NCBI GenBank assembly: GCA_965153285.1
Contig: OZ229126.1
Source of the DNA: Podarcis tiliguerta
Taxonomy: Eukaryota
Direction: 5' to 3' (one strand)
Length of the DNA stretch: 64,000 nucleotides
Below, piece by piece: positions 51,280 to 64,000 of this stretch; the first letter of the stretch is position 1, and each line of letters starts with the position of its first letter. The position numbers were made by a program, and so were the translations under genes. The notes under the pieces are model-generated. The model was not told the DNA's origin and searched no databases. It worked only from the letters and a program-made list of their open reading frames with translations.

Positions 51280-52704
51280 TATTGTTTTTCAAAGCATCCT
51301 CTCAAACTGTAGTCTAAAGTGGCACAACCCATTCTCAAGACCATACCACTTCAACTGTGCTATACATATAGACCAGGTGTTTGCCATTGGTTCCCAAGTG
51401 CTAAATAGCCAAGTAATGAGACGTCAAATTATGTACATGTGTGTGAGAACCAGCCCTAAGAGCTGCCCTCCATGGCTTTTTTAACCTCGCAGTTGACACT
51501 TCAATCCACTCTACATGGGATTATGGCTTTCATACAGAGGTTTGAAACTAGCATTGAGTAGAGTAACGAAACGGTAATAGGAAACAGCTTCCCATTTGGG
51601 CCGTAAGCAACAAAAAGACCCTTAGCTCTAGCATAGTAAATGGCAATTTTGTAATGTAAAAAGCAGTGCGACACAGAATGCTATAGCCATCAATTACTCC
51701 CAAAGGATTTAAGGGCAAGGAATGTGATGGGTAGAGCTTAGGTGGCTCAATTACTTAGGGACTCAATTACTTAAAACAAAGAATCTGAATTTTAAAAAAT
51801 GACAAAAATTCAAAATTATTTCTCTGCTAGAGGTCGCACATAACAACCTTGACATCCATAAATCTGGAAGTCTCTAAGGCACAATATCTCTCTGCTAGAG
51901 AGGTGACAATTAATTGGTATTTTACTTACCTCATCCGCATAGATTATGCAGGAGAATTCTAATCACCATGTGCTACACACATGTAAGGTCAGGGTGGGCC
52001 AGACTTTGACAGTAGTATAAAATGGATGTTGCTTATCCTCCTTATTAAAGTGAGGGAGTGGATATGCTACTCAGGGATTTGCTATAGCAGAAGCCAAGGG
52101 CCTGCCAGGAGATTTTCCAGAGCCAATGGGATTCTGCCTAACTGCAAAAGTATGTTGCTGAAATATGCCATGCATACACTGGACTGCACATTTGTAAGGG
52201 AAATCAAAATGATCAGGCAAGAGATTGAGGAAGGTAGGGGAGACCCTGGAAGAAAGGTGTTGTTGTTTTTTAAGAAGCTAAACTGCTTTCTTTTATAAGC
52301 AGTTTCATAAAAACTGAAGACTATGTGGCACAAATATATTTGGATCTTAATATGGAGAAATAACTTTATTCCAGGTATATGGATTCATATACCTTATTAT
52401 TCTCCCTTCAGCATTTTGCAATTTAAAAACTGAAAACAAACACTATAAAGCATAGCACGCAGCAAAAACTGATTACTGCCAATGGTTCTTAAGGGAGTTC
52501 AAATGGGCTTATGAAAAGTTTGGGTTTCCTGCTGGACACATTTCTTCTGCTGTTAAACAGGTTTTCCAGAGTTTCACATTATTTAGCAGAGATGAAAGTG
52601 GAGCAAATATATATGTTAAGGGAATGTAAGTTGAGTGGTTAATGTTCATAATAACCAGCTAATGAATGTGAGAATCTCTCTCTCTCTCTCTCTCTCTCTC
52701 TCCC

Positions 52705-52955
52705 CAGTCCTACCTTGGAAGTCAAACGGAATCCATTCCAGAAGTCCGTTCAACTTCCAAAATGTTTGGAAACCAAAGCATGGCTTCTGATTGGCTGCAG
52801 GAAGCTCCTGCAGCCAATCGAAAGCCGCGGAAGCCCCATTGGACGTTCGGGTTCCAAAAGAACCTTCATAAACCGGAACAATCACTTCTGGGTTTGCGGC
52901 GCTTGGGAGCCAAAACGTCAGAGTTTCTGGGCATTCGGGATCCAAGGTACGAATG
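52705..52955. mobile_element. Tc1/mariner-pogo MITE (same family as 11816-12067)
   Basis: cagtcctaccttgga ... tccaaggtacgaatg|TA; central palindrome gattggctgcagga-agc-tcctgcagccaatc; abuts (CT)n at 52675-52702. Confidence 0.8.
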
Positions 52956-52961
52956 TATATA

Positions 52962-53340
52962 TAATTTTTTACCACTATTCATAAAAAGTATCAGAGTGGT
53001 TTATTCATAAAAAGTATTAGAGTGGTTTACAACAGTTATAACACCACACAATAAAAACCACATAAAAATGTTAAAATGAGAAACCATCTAGCTATTCTAA
53101 AAATATGCAGTATGCATTCATCATTGTCTGCATAAACCTGATGGTACATAAAAGTTTTCAGCGGGTCTTTTGAAAGTTGAACCAGGAGGCACTGGCTCAA
53201 TTTCTATTGGCAAAGTGTTCTACAATACTGGACCAACGACATGAAAGGTTTAGTTTCTTGTTATCAAATGAGCTTTACCAACCAATGATGTTTCTGCAGA
53301 TGATTTCAGTGATCAAGCTGGTATATAAAGGTCAGGAAGT
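52962..53340 (-). mobile_element. Old L2-like 3' remnant with a 26-bp tandem duplication
   Basis: tattcataaaaagtat(c/t)agagtggtt duplicated at 52976-53001/53002-53027; downstream aaaagttttcagcggg..ggcaaagtgttctacaatactgg resembles an L2 ORF2 end. Confidence 0.45.
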
Positions 53341-54888
53341 GCACATAATCCTTCCATACACATTTCCCAGTAAATATACATAATCTCCAACAGCCCTTGG
53401 GAACTGTGCATTTAACAACTGAATTTTGTACTTTATACTCTTTCTCTCCCAGCTAGGTTTCCCTTAAGCCCTTCCTAAATGTTTAAATCTTCCCTCCTCT
53501 GTGATTCTCATGGTGATTGACTCCATGGTGCTATTAAGCATTTCCCCTTCCTTAATAGCAGCATGGGGATAATTTCCATCTGTGTGGTGGAAATGGGAAA
53601 TGGGAGAGAAGATTTAAAAATTTCATCTCCCTGCAACACCCCTTGTGCTGCTCAGCAAGCTGAGGAACAGCTGAAAATGATGAAAAGGGGGCTGGCCTGC
53701 AGAAAAAGTTAATATTTAGCTGGAGCCCCCCCTTAAACCTCTTTGCTGCTCAGTGGAAGGGTGTGTTGTGGGCCATGTAAGAATAGGCATTGGGCTACAG
53801 GCATCCTGGGAACAGAGATTGTACACTTCTGAACATGAAATAGAAAAAAAATGCATGTTTCTTGGAAACTCTGTATGCAGACTGGAGATTGTGCATATTG
53901 CCCAGGAAATGTACAAAATTCAGAGATTATACAAATTTCAGTCACTTGCACATTTCCAAAGTTCTCTTGGAAATTATGTCTCTTGACAGGGAAATGTGCA
54001 TAATTCCCACTTCATAGAAGAATTATGTGCAAATTTTCAATGAGGCCTAGTGAGTGTGCACAATGGCCAGTTGTTATGCACTTTAACTGCTCCATTTACA
54101 TTCCCCTTAACTTACACACCATGACCAGTGTGGCACTCTGAAACTGCCTTTAACTCCAAAATAAATGTGGCTGAATTTGTGCATAACCAGTGTTACAAAG
54201 ACAACCTGCAGGAAGACTTGGGCTCTCATGCTCTACCCTTCTCCATTTTGGCTGCAAGGAGGGGTTAAAAAGCTATTGCTCTTTCATTTTAAATTAACTA
54301 CAACTTGTTCTTAAGTTCGAAGGTAAACATATTGTAGTTAATCTTAATTAACCATGGGTTGTGAAGCAAGCTTACCACAGCAAACCATAACTAAAATAAC
54401 CTCCATCTTCTACAGAGTTATAGTAAATATACACCTTTCCATTTTAAACAGAATTCCTTAAAACTAAATCCCATGGAAATCAGAAAGGCTTCTGAGTAAA
54501 GTTTAAACTTACTTTGGAATGTGCTGTGAGTTTACAGATTGCTACTCAGAACAGATAATGAAAGGATGTGAAGCTATAGAAAAGTCATTCCAGAAAGTGG
54601 CCTTATATGCTTCAAAGATAATGGCATATAATGTGTAGTACTGCATGTGCTGTACTGCATTTGCACCGTGCCTTTGGAAGCATAAGTAATAAATTGTTCA
54701 TTGTCAAGCTAAAATCTGGCATATTTCCATGCTCTTTCTTTTCTTGGTGACGATAATTTATATGATATAGTTCAAAGTAAGCTATACATTCTTTAGGCTA
54801 GAGGGGGCTGCACTGTCTTTTGGTTTAGTAACTCCACTGGTGTTAGCCTCTTTTGGTGCATAGCAAGTGTATAGATGTCAACTTCCCT

Positions 54889-55291
54889 AGAGATGGGGGA
54901 GAAATCTGGTTCCATTCACCTTTTGTGCACTTCCTGCAACAATACACAAACTGAAACATATCTATCTTTCAGAATTCACACTTCTCCAAAATTTGTGAAA
55001 CATCCCTGCAATCAAATAATGTACATACAAAAGTCCATATACTGAAGTGCGCAAAAAAAATACATTAATGAAACTAACATACAAAACATATTAGGAAAAA
55101 CTGCATGCAAAAATTTCCACATTGGGAGACATAAACACTAAATGCTGACAAATTCTCATAACTTTGTTGTTGTTGTTTTTTAAAAAAGAAACCAACAACA
55201 CACAAACTGATGGAGAAATGTGGAGACTGCACTTTAGAATAGAAACATGAAAAGCTAAGAGAAAGTGAAAATGGTTGATTCATCCATCCCC
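54889..55291 (-). mobile_element. Copy of the AT-rich dispersed repeat (hAT-like termini)
   Basis: tagagatgggggagaaat ... gattcatccatcccca; homologous to the 9604, 41140 and 60060 copies. Confidence 0.6.
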
Positions 55292-55302
55292 ATCACTACT
55301 CA

Positions 55303-55575
<273 letters not shown>

Positions 55576-55606
55576 CTAGCAGATGACTTGATAGTAAGAG
55601 ACAGAT

Positions 55607-55608
<2 letters not shown>

Positions 55609-55654
<46 letters not shown>

Positions 55655-56040
55655 TTTATTTATACCCCACCCTCCCCAGCCAAAGCTGGGCTCAGGGCGG
55701 CTAATAACAATCAAAATAATCCAACATTCTAAAAACCTTTCATTATAAAAATTAATTAAAATCAAATTGATGGCAACCATTAAGCAAGATTCTGTGCAGA
55801 TTGCCAGAGGAGGGGGTCAGGCTGCGCCCTGACAGCTCTGTCTTACAGGCCCTGCGGAAAGATGTCAGGTCCTGCAGGGCCCTAGTCTCTTGTGACAGAG
55901 CGTTCCACCAGATTGGAGCTGCGGCCGAGAAGGCCCTGGCTCTAGTTGAGGCCAGCCTAACCTCTCTGAGGCCTGGGATCTTCAGGATATTTTTATTTGC
56001 AGACCGTAAGTTCTTCTGTGGGACATACCAGGAGAGGCGG
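55609..56040 (-). mobile_element. L2 LINE 3' fragment with (AAT)n tail
   Basis: Translation LRSANKNILKIPGLREVRLASTRARAFSAAAPIWWNALSQETR..FRRACKTEL is L2 ORF2 C-terminus; about 14 AAT units at 55609-55650. Confidence 0.9.
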
Positions 56041-56310
56041 TTCTTGTTGGTAGAGCCTAATGTGTGGTGTGCTCTCCCCAGAGAGGATTGCCTGCTGCCC
56101 ACACGTCTTTGGTGTGAGGCAAATACCTTTATTATTTTCCAAGACTTTTTAAACTGCTAGTGATGCTGATAGTATACTGCAGTTGCACCTGCTGTTCTTA
56201 TTCTAGTAGTATTTTATCTGTGTTACAGTTGTTATTATTTTATTGCTTTAGTATTGCTAGCCACCTTAGAAATACTTGTACTGAAGAAACAGAATGAAAA
56301 TCTATAAAGT
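56041..56310 (+). mobile_element. Older L2 3' remnant in the opposite orientation
   Basis: ttcttgttggtagagcct..gtggtgtgctctccccagagagg..aggcaaataccttt..ttccaagacttttaa resembles degenerate AFSV.AP.LWNALP..KT.LF..AF coding sequence. Confidence 0.5.
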
Positions 56311-56665
56311 TAACTGCACATATAGGCATATATGGGGGAAATACCTGTTGACCACAAGGTTGGAGACAAGCTTTCTCTAGGCATTATTTTCACACCTGAA
56401 TTGCAAATAAAGTTGTTGTCTTAGATTGATTTTCACAAGCAAGCAGCAAATAAATGGAGTTGGAAGTAACTTTAATTTCCGTGTCTACAAATCCCAAATA
56501 TGATTTGACAACATTTGAATATCTGAATGGCAGTGTCTGAATAAAATTCAACAGCATGAACTTTCGCATTTACCGTGTATTTGCTTTCTCAAGTTTTCGG
56601 GTTCACTATTTGACATAGCAAAAAGACTGCCTAACTAATCCAGGAAGGGAGATCTGTGTGTAGAC

Positions 56666-56786
56666 ACATACTAAGTCAGACCATTGATCCGTCAGTGTAT
56701 TGTATACACTGACTGGCAGTGGAGGGTTTCATACAGGAGATTTCCCCAACCCTGCCTGGAGTTGCTGGGAATTGAACCTGAGACAC
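56666..56786 (-). mobile_element. tRNA-derived SINE (Squam3-like) remnant
   Basis: atactaagtcagaccattgatcc..tacactgactggcag..ccctgcctggagttgctgggaattgaacctg is the reverse of the family at 40579. Confidence 0.65.
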
Positions 56787-56972
56787 ATCCTTCCACCAAT
56801 GAAAGTAGCCTTCACTGTGCATGCTAGTAGCTGAGAATACAAATGTGCATCTGGATGTGCCTCCCCATTCACACTGTGTTGCCTGCTAAAGCTCCTTTGA
56901 ACTGGCTAGATACATCTTTTGATGTGCATTCTATACAGGGTCGCCACTTTAGCTTCTTTTCCTGTGTGTGTA

Positions 56973-57209
56973 CAGTGGTACCTCAGGTTACATATGCTTC
57001 AGGTTACATACGCTTCAGGGTACAGACTCCGCTAACCCAGAAATAGTACCTCGGGTTAAGAACTTTGCTTCAGGATAAGAAATCAGGCTCCAGCGGTGCG
57101 GCGGCAGCTGGAGGCCCCATTAGCTAAAGTGGTGCTTCAGGTTAAGAACAGTTTTAGGTTAAGAACGGACCTCCGGAACGAATTAAAAACTTAACCCGAG
57201 GTACCACTG
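56973..57209. mobile_element. Tc1/mariner-pogo MITE (CAGTGGTACCTC family)
   Basis: TA TSD and TIRs as in the other copies. Confidence 0.92.
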
Positions 57210-57563
57210 TACTGTGCTACTTTCCTCTTGGGTTGTGTACTATAATTTTTCTTTAGAACCATGGTTGGTATTCAACCATGTTTCACTCAGAACAGACCTT
57301 CTAAATGACTGCCCATGACTAAGAAGGGTCTACCTTCTACAGTGAGTTGAATACTAATACTACTCTTCATCTGGAAGCTACTACCTGTACTAACACAACT
57401 AGGGAAGGAGGCCAACTTTTTCTGTGCCACCAAGCAAACTAAACACAGGCCTAACCATTAAATATATGGTTAAAAATGTGTTGGTACAAAATCAGTTGTC
57501 TGGTAGAAGTTTGTGTTAGAGTAGCACCAGCAAGACAACAAGGGAAAATATGGCACTCCTCTA

Positions 57564-57805
57564 CAGTGGTACCTCGGGTTACATGTGCTTCAGGTTACAT
57601 ACGCTTCAAATTACAGACTCCACTAAACCAGAAATAGTACCTCGGGTTAAGAACTTTGCTTCAGAATGAGAACAGAAATCGTGCTCCGGCCGAGTGGCAG
57701 CAGAGGGAGGCCCCATTAGCTAAAGTGGTGCTTCAGGTTAAGAAGAGTTTCAGGTTAAGAACGGACCTCTGGAACGAATTAAGTTCTTAACCCGAGGTAC
57801 CACTG
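57564..57805. mobile_element. Tc1/mariner-pogo MITE (CAGTGGTACCTC family)
   Basis: TA TSD; perfect 18-bp TIR cagtggtacctcgggtta/taacccgaggtaccactg. Confidence 0.92.
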
Positions 57806-59432
57806 TATTTATTTATTTATTTTCAAGAAAGAAAAACTGGCAAATGACACAAACGCTGTTTAGTCAACTTATCTGTGTGGAATGAATCTGTGTGGGTGGG
57901 GAGGAAACTTATCCACTGGCTCCTCCCACAACAATCATGCTTTCATCATAGCTTCAAAACAGAATGTTTTTGCCTAGGCTCTGCTTGCCTGATCTGTACC
58001 CTGCATTTTTATGACCTCCATCATAGGTGCATGATAAAACAGAAAGTGCTGTAAAGGACTAGTTCACATAGTAATTTTTCACAGTTTTTTCTCCACACAT
58101 CTGGGGTTGTGTAGTAAGAGGTGTGCTTCACATCTTCTCTACGAATTATTCTGATCAAGGGTGATTGGGAGGAAATTTGACATGACAGGGAGGGAACAGG
58201 TCATTTATTGATACAGATTCATGTTATCTATGGTTAAGGTATCGGCTTTGGGTACACTCTGGCTGAGGGGGTCAGGAAATTTACCAGACTTCCCATCCAA
58301 ACCCCATCAAGATAGTTCAGGATGTGTCTGAAGGTGAATCAACCCTGCTTCACCACCAATAAAAATATATACTTCAAATATTAACTGGCTAAGCTGGTGT
58401 GGTCCATCTACAAGACTATTCGACCTCAGTTTAATGGGGAGCATTGCTTTTGGAAGCTGCCCCATATATCTCTTTGTAAGGTAGAAGGAACTGACGTAAG
58501 GTGTGATGTGCAAAAAATGACTCCCCATCTCCAAATGAAACTTGAGGTGTAAAGTCCCAGAATGGACTGTGACTTCAACTGAGCATGAAAATAATGTAGG
58601 AATTGTTTTTGTATGAAGTAGCACCAAAACAGGTGGCAAAATAGGTTGATTTTAGCTGTGCCAGCAAAACAAGCTCCTTCAGGGGTGGGGGAAGCATAGC
58701 TGGACTGGATAAATCAGCCCAAACTCCTTAGGAGCCACTTCACACAGAGAAAGGGGCCCTTTCACTTTATCTTTTCTGCTTCAGCCATGCTGCCAGCACC
58801 ATGTGGGGAAAAGGTATTTACGTTTCTTTTTTAACTGGAAGGCAAGAACTAGATGGAATACCTAAATAAACCTGCAATGTGCCCCCGCATAAGAACCAAA
58901 TTTTAAAAATATTTCAGTCTTAGAATTGGTTCTGTTAGCAAAACTGTACATCTGATTCCTTTTCCATTCCTGCTTGCTCAACTCAAACCCCGTCTTCTTT
59001 CCTTTCAACATGCAACTGACCCCCTCTTTGTCTGGGACTGCTAGTGGCTCTTTCAGATGTTGTCCCATTGGCAGTTGGCTTTAATAGCAAAGCCTATGAG
59101 ATAACAAGATGTTTATTAAGTGCCTTATCTCCTTATCGAAAATGTTTGGGGCACAGTGCCTCCTCATGATATTTATTATGTAAAAGTTATCTGAGCATAG
59201 AGATACATTTTGTAAGCTTTCTGCCTTGACCACAATCACCTATATTGCTATATTTCCATTGGCAAGAAAATGTCCCAATGTATCCAAACAAGGTTTGTAA
59301 CTTCTTCACTTGCAAGTTGTTTCATGCAGTTTGAAGTTACCCAGGCAACGGGGATGGGCCTCCTTGCTACATCCACTGTCTTTAGCTGAAATGTCCACCA
59401 ATTGAATCCAAATCCAAATTAGTTTTCTTTAC

Positions 59433-59760
59433 CTTCACTCAGCTAGAATCTTTTATTTTGAAAGGATTCTTGCAGCAGGTCGGAGTTCGAGACTTTGCTC
59501 CCACAGAGACTTGATATTGCAAAGTTTGCTGGCTCAATCGCCACTCCCCCCCCCCCCTTGCTCCTTTCAGACAGGAGTTTAGGGGGTTGCTTGAGAGCCT
59601 TTTGGAAGCCACTGGACCCTTCGGGACCTCAGAAGAGCCTCTTGAGGCTTTTTAGGGGGTGCAAGTCGTCTTGTTGCTTCCCCCTCTCTCCGTGGAGCTC
59701 AAGCCCGTATCTCTCTATCAAAACAAATGGACTTGCACTCCATTCTCCATTAGCAAGAAG
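59433..59760 (-). other. Candidate non-coding (5'UTR-like) exon, minus strand; right boundary uncertain
   Basis: Locally GC- and CpG-richer, repeat-free block ending on the minus strand in GAGTGAAG|gtaaag donor. Confidence 0.3.
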
Positions 59761-60059
59761 CAAAAGTCCCCTTAACACAACATATTCTAATTGGGTATTG
59801 TATTAATTACTTTTTTTAAAAAAATCACATTGACATTGGTATATATAACAAATACTATTAAGATGTAACTTCATGTATCAGTGGGGAGGTGATCATTTTC
59901 TATATTTTTTAACCCTGAAGGCCACTCTGTCCTCCATACTGGGGAATGGGTGGGGGATCCAGAAAAGTATTTTGCCCTACAAACTGGCCTTCTTCATGAG
60001 TGGTCAGGCTACCTAATAAAGCTGACATCATCCCACAGTTAAAGAACACGTGTTCTGAC

Positions 60060-60421
60060 TAGGGCTCAAATTTTGGTTCTCCCAGTCTCTCATTTTCCCA
60101 ATCTTAAATTCAGTTCTCTGCATTTTTGCACCAATTTGCACTATATATGAAATTCTTCAGCATTTTACTGCAAGTTTCTGTTAATAATTTTTTCTATGCA
60201 GTTTTAACTAGCACACGTTTTTGCAAGCAATTTTTAAAATATAATGCATTTGTATATGTTATCTTTGCAAATGTATTCATTTTTATGCACATTTCCCCTA
60301 ATGTATGAAATGTAAAATTTGGATATCAAATTTCGAAGGACATCTGTATTTCAGTTCTCCTTTTGCTACAGAAAGTGTGAATTTGATACACTTGGCTTTA
60401 AATCATTTCCCCCTCTCCCTA
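60060..60421 (+). mobile_element. Copy of the AT-rich dispersed repeat (hAT-like TAGGG termini)
   Basis: tagggc ... ctcccta termini; body homologous to 9604-10262. Confidence 0.6.
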
Positions 60422-61685
60422 GTTCTGACATTGCCACATACAAAACTCAAAAGACAAATGTGTTAATCCATGGTGTAACTAGATGTATCAAGAAATGCAT
60501 GGATCCCACCTACCCATTGGCTTCCCCACATATCACATGCTGGCCTTCCTTACCTTCTGCATTTCCCAAGTCCATTTTGAGTCATTAACTATAACTTGTG
60601 GAGAGCAAGGAAATGCAAAAGGCAGTGGCACTACATTACATATTTCTTTTGCTAGATGTTACTAGGGTGATAACACATGGGAAGATCTACCTAGGCCTTA
60701 AAACTTGAAAACATTTTGCTTTCCCTTGTGTGTGAAAATGTCAACTAAGTTTTTTATATGATTTTGAGCAAAATCTGTAAGGACTGTCAGAGACAAGATA
60801 TTTTTTTTCAGGTTCTTGCTCCAATCCCAAGGGCTATTGCCAGTTAGGCTATGCCTACCATTATAATCACAGCATCTAAATTTATTAAATGAGAAACAAG
60901 CAAAACACATCAGCACGCACTTAAAGACGAGGGGTATGTTATGAAACTGCGGAGAGAATGATTGCTGCACTTTCCCTTTACTTAGGTATCTGCTTCTGTT
61001 CCATGCAAGGTTTGATTAACCATGTTCTACAAATTAAAGTCATTATGCAAATATTACCTCTATATCTTTAACATATATAAGCATTACACACAGAGACACA
61101 CCATACAGCACAAACTGGATTGGTACAGCCCACAGAGTTAGCTGTGACATTATGTGAGCCAGTTTGCTCATTCCTGACTCCTTGGTGAACCTAGTACATG
61201 AAGGAAGCAAGTAGGATAATAGTATATTCCGGCACATCCTAACAAAGAACCCAAGTTCAGAACTTGCCTCAATTTCCCTAAAAGGGAGCTATGAAAACAA
61301 ACAGGTTTATTATTCTCAATATCTGAAATGCCACTCCATTCCTAAAGGACCTTGCATGTTTCTTGCACCACCTCTTCACACAACGGGGAACTTTTTAAGA
61401 GGAGTTATTCCATCATCGCCATATGGTATTGGGGGGGGGGGGAGGCCCACTGCAGGTCTCATGAACTCTCCCTGCCTCTGGCTCAGGTAAATCTCCTCCG
61501 TACTCCTGCAGCTAGCTAATCAGGAACAGCCAAACTGCCATTCTCCTGCCTGTGTGTTGTAAAGCAGGAAACTTCACTTTTCTAACAATAATCAACACTC
61601 CTGCACAAGTATCAGTTGAAGTAAGCTGACATTTCATTCTCAGATTTTGTTCCCACCACTACTTCCACCTCTACTCGCTGCTATC

Positions 61686-61725
61686 CTCTCTCCCTCTCTC
61701 TCCCTCTCGCTCTCTCTCTCCCTCT

Positions 61726-61758
<33 letters not shown>
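61686..61758. repeat. (CT)n-(CA)n compound microsatellite
   Basis: Directly visible. Confidence 0.9.
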
Positions 61759-61759
<1 letters not shown>

Positions 61760-63324
61760 CTCTAGGCCTCTCTGGGGGACGCTCTAGTGCCTGACAGGCT
61801 GAGGCTTCCAATTCTCTGTTTTTTATGCCTCAGTGGTCAGGGTGTCAGGCTCCTGCAGTACAGACCAGCCAAGAGCTAGAGGAGTCACTGAATACCATCA
61901 GTTCGGTGACAGTATTGCTCGCTTCATCCCACATACTCTGCATATCCATCAGCCATGCAAAAGGAAAAAAAGCGGAGTGGGGCGGGGGGGGGGAGAAGCA
62001 AGCACAAAACAGAATGGGTAGGAAGAGACTAAAAGGAAAGCCACCGGCCCTCCTATTAGCATCACAGGCCTTGGACAGACAAATGGAGCAGGAGTACAGT
62101 GAAACTAAACGAGATGAATGAACACTGCATGAGTGCCTCGTGATTTCCAGCAGATACTCCTGCACCCATCAGATATACTTCTTGACAGCACTGTTTAATG
62201 ATCAGCCCAGTCAAAAGCAATACTATGCATCAGCTACCCAGGGGAGTTGTGTGTGCTTGTCTGTAGGAAGGGGTGGTGGTGAGAGAGGTAGACGATTAGG
62301 AAGATGAAATATTTTGCAAAATGAAGGTTCAATACATTGTGGAGGGGTTTTTTCTTAGTGATTATGCAGCTATGCCCTTCATTAAGACAGCACCTTTTTA
62401 AAGATTATCATGTCACCCACCTACAATGCAGAAATGTTTTTCAGCCAATAACACACAAAGAAACGGCACAATGATTTCCATTGCCTATGTCCCACGACTC
62501 TAAAAAATGCTTCTAATGTTTTCCATAGAAAGGTCAAGATTTATTATAACTGTAATTCAGGACCATTGACCTAGCTGACAACCTGCTGGACTTAGTATTA
62601 AGTATCATTCATTTAAATTGTGGCAGTACAGGGCAACAGGGCTTGTCAGATTCAAATTTGGTCAACAAAAATACATGTCTGGTTGGCTGGTAGTATTTAA
62701 GACTTACAATGTTCTACACTCACCACTTTCTGGAATGGTAAGAAGTTTCAGGACAATTTTGCAGGGTAAGTTTTGTTATGAGGTGACTAGTCAAGTACCT
62801 GCATATTTACAAATATATAGAACAAGAGGAATGCAAACAGAAACAGAAACAGGCAATTCTAGTTGTAAAGTAGCATTACTCACCCACCCCAAAGCAACAT
62901 AGACCCTTGCAGCTCCTCAAGGCTGCTTCTTGCAGCCATCCCCCGCCCCATCCACATTTTCTTAATCTAGCCAGATTTTAAAAATGCAACCCTATCAAAC
63001 CTCCGCCCACTCAGCTCTCTTGACCAAACTAGTTTCAGCCCAAAACTTAGGAAATAAAGAATCTGCATTTTAGATTCAAGAACAGAAATTTTATACATCT
63101 CAGATACTGATACTCTCAAAGTGGAGACCACATAAGAATGGAGGCAAGTGAGGATGAGCCTATGTTTGGCTTGACTAATCCTGAGACATCTTTACTGGTC
63201 ACAAAACTAAAAACTCAATCTGTTTTGCATTCACTTTGTGTCTTGCCAGTTTAACATACGAATCTGGTCTGAATCAGATGGTGGTGGTGGTGATAACAAT
63301 AATAATAATAGTTGTTGTTGTTAT

Positions 63325-63420
63325 CATTATTATTACTGTACCCCACCCATCTGACTGTGTTGCCCCAGCCACTTTGAGCAGCTTCCAATAAAATATAATG
63401 GGACAAACATTAAACATTAG
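63325..63420 (-). mobile_element. L2 3' tail remnant
   Basis: tattactgtaccccacccatctgactgtgttgccccagccactttgagcagcttcca matches the 3' end of the L2 at 12894. Confidence 0.65.
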
Positions 63421-63434
63421 ATATGTTAAATACA

Positions 63435-63794
63435 GGGGACGCGGGTGGTGCTGTGGGTTAAAGCCTCAGCACCTAGGGCTTGCCGATCAAGAGGTCGGTG
63501 GTTCGAATCCCCGCGGCGGGGTGCGCTCCCGTTGTTCGGTCCCAGCGCCTACCAACCTAGCAGTTCAAAAGCACTCTCAGGTGCAAGTAGATAAATAGGG
63601 ACCGCTTACTAGCGGGAAGGTAAACAGCGTTTCCGTGTGTGGCTCTGGCTCGCCAGAGCAGTGATGTCACGCTGGCCACGTGACCCGGAAGTGTCTTCGG
63701 ACAGTGCTGGCCCCCAGCCTCTTTGAGTGAGATGGGCGCACAACCCTAGAGTCTGTCAAGACTGGCCCGTACGGGCAGGGGTACCTTTACCTTT
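63435..63794 (+). mobile_element. Sauria SINE, full length, CpG-rich (young)
   Basis: GGGGACGCGGGTGGTGCTGTGGGTTAAA head, B-box GGTTCGAATCCC, ACCTTTACCTTT tail; perfect 13-bp TSD tatgttaaataca (63422-63434/63795-63807). Confidence 0.96.
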
Positions 63795-64000
63795 TATGTT
63801 AAATACAAAGCTCTTCCACACACCCAGCAGTGGGGAATCTAAAAAAAAAAGCCAAGATCTGACTTCACAGACCTTGTTAATGGTGCAATCTGACTCAGAC
63901 ACATGAAAACCTCACCTAAATCTTCCCCCCCCCCCCCCCCGCTTACCTCATAATTCAGGTTGTGCATAGAGCTGATGCACACACCTAGTAGATACTAACT

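Noticed and set aside
51522-51540. tatggcttttcat similar to miR-135 5' end
   Set aside because: The match stops after 13 nt and there is no complementary hairpin arm.
61011-61026. ttgattaaccatgt similar to miR-218 3' part
   Set aside because: Seed region absent and no precursor hairpin.

Overview
Eukaryotic, AT-rich (~40% GC by eye), essentially non-coding vertebrate DNA. The repeat content (Sauria SINEs, Squam3-like tRNA SINEs, L2, CR1, Rex1/Babar and RTE-BovB LINE ends, a Penelope-type terminal palindrome, many hAT and Tc1/mariner-pogo MITEs) points to a squamate, probably a lacertid lizard; this is inference from recalled repeat consensus features, not a database search. No host protein-coding gene could be identified. 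The only ORFs with recognisable protein similarity are LINE fragments: L2 ORF2 C-terminus at 12995-13744(-) and 55752-56040(-), and Rex1/Babar at 24745-24860(+). The window looks like a long intron or gene desert with repeat-free blocks that may be conserved non-coding elements, a few candidate minus-strand exons (16484-16538; exon ending at 59433) and a possible promoter/5'UTR near 61.4-62.1 kb. I found no convincing new biological system. The most notable observations are multi-layer TE nests, a Kolobok-like TTAA/AGG element, a Penelope palindrome lacking its hammerhead core, several strong hairpins and recursive-splice-like motifs.
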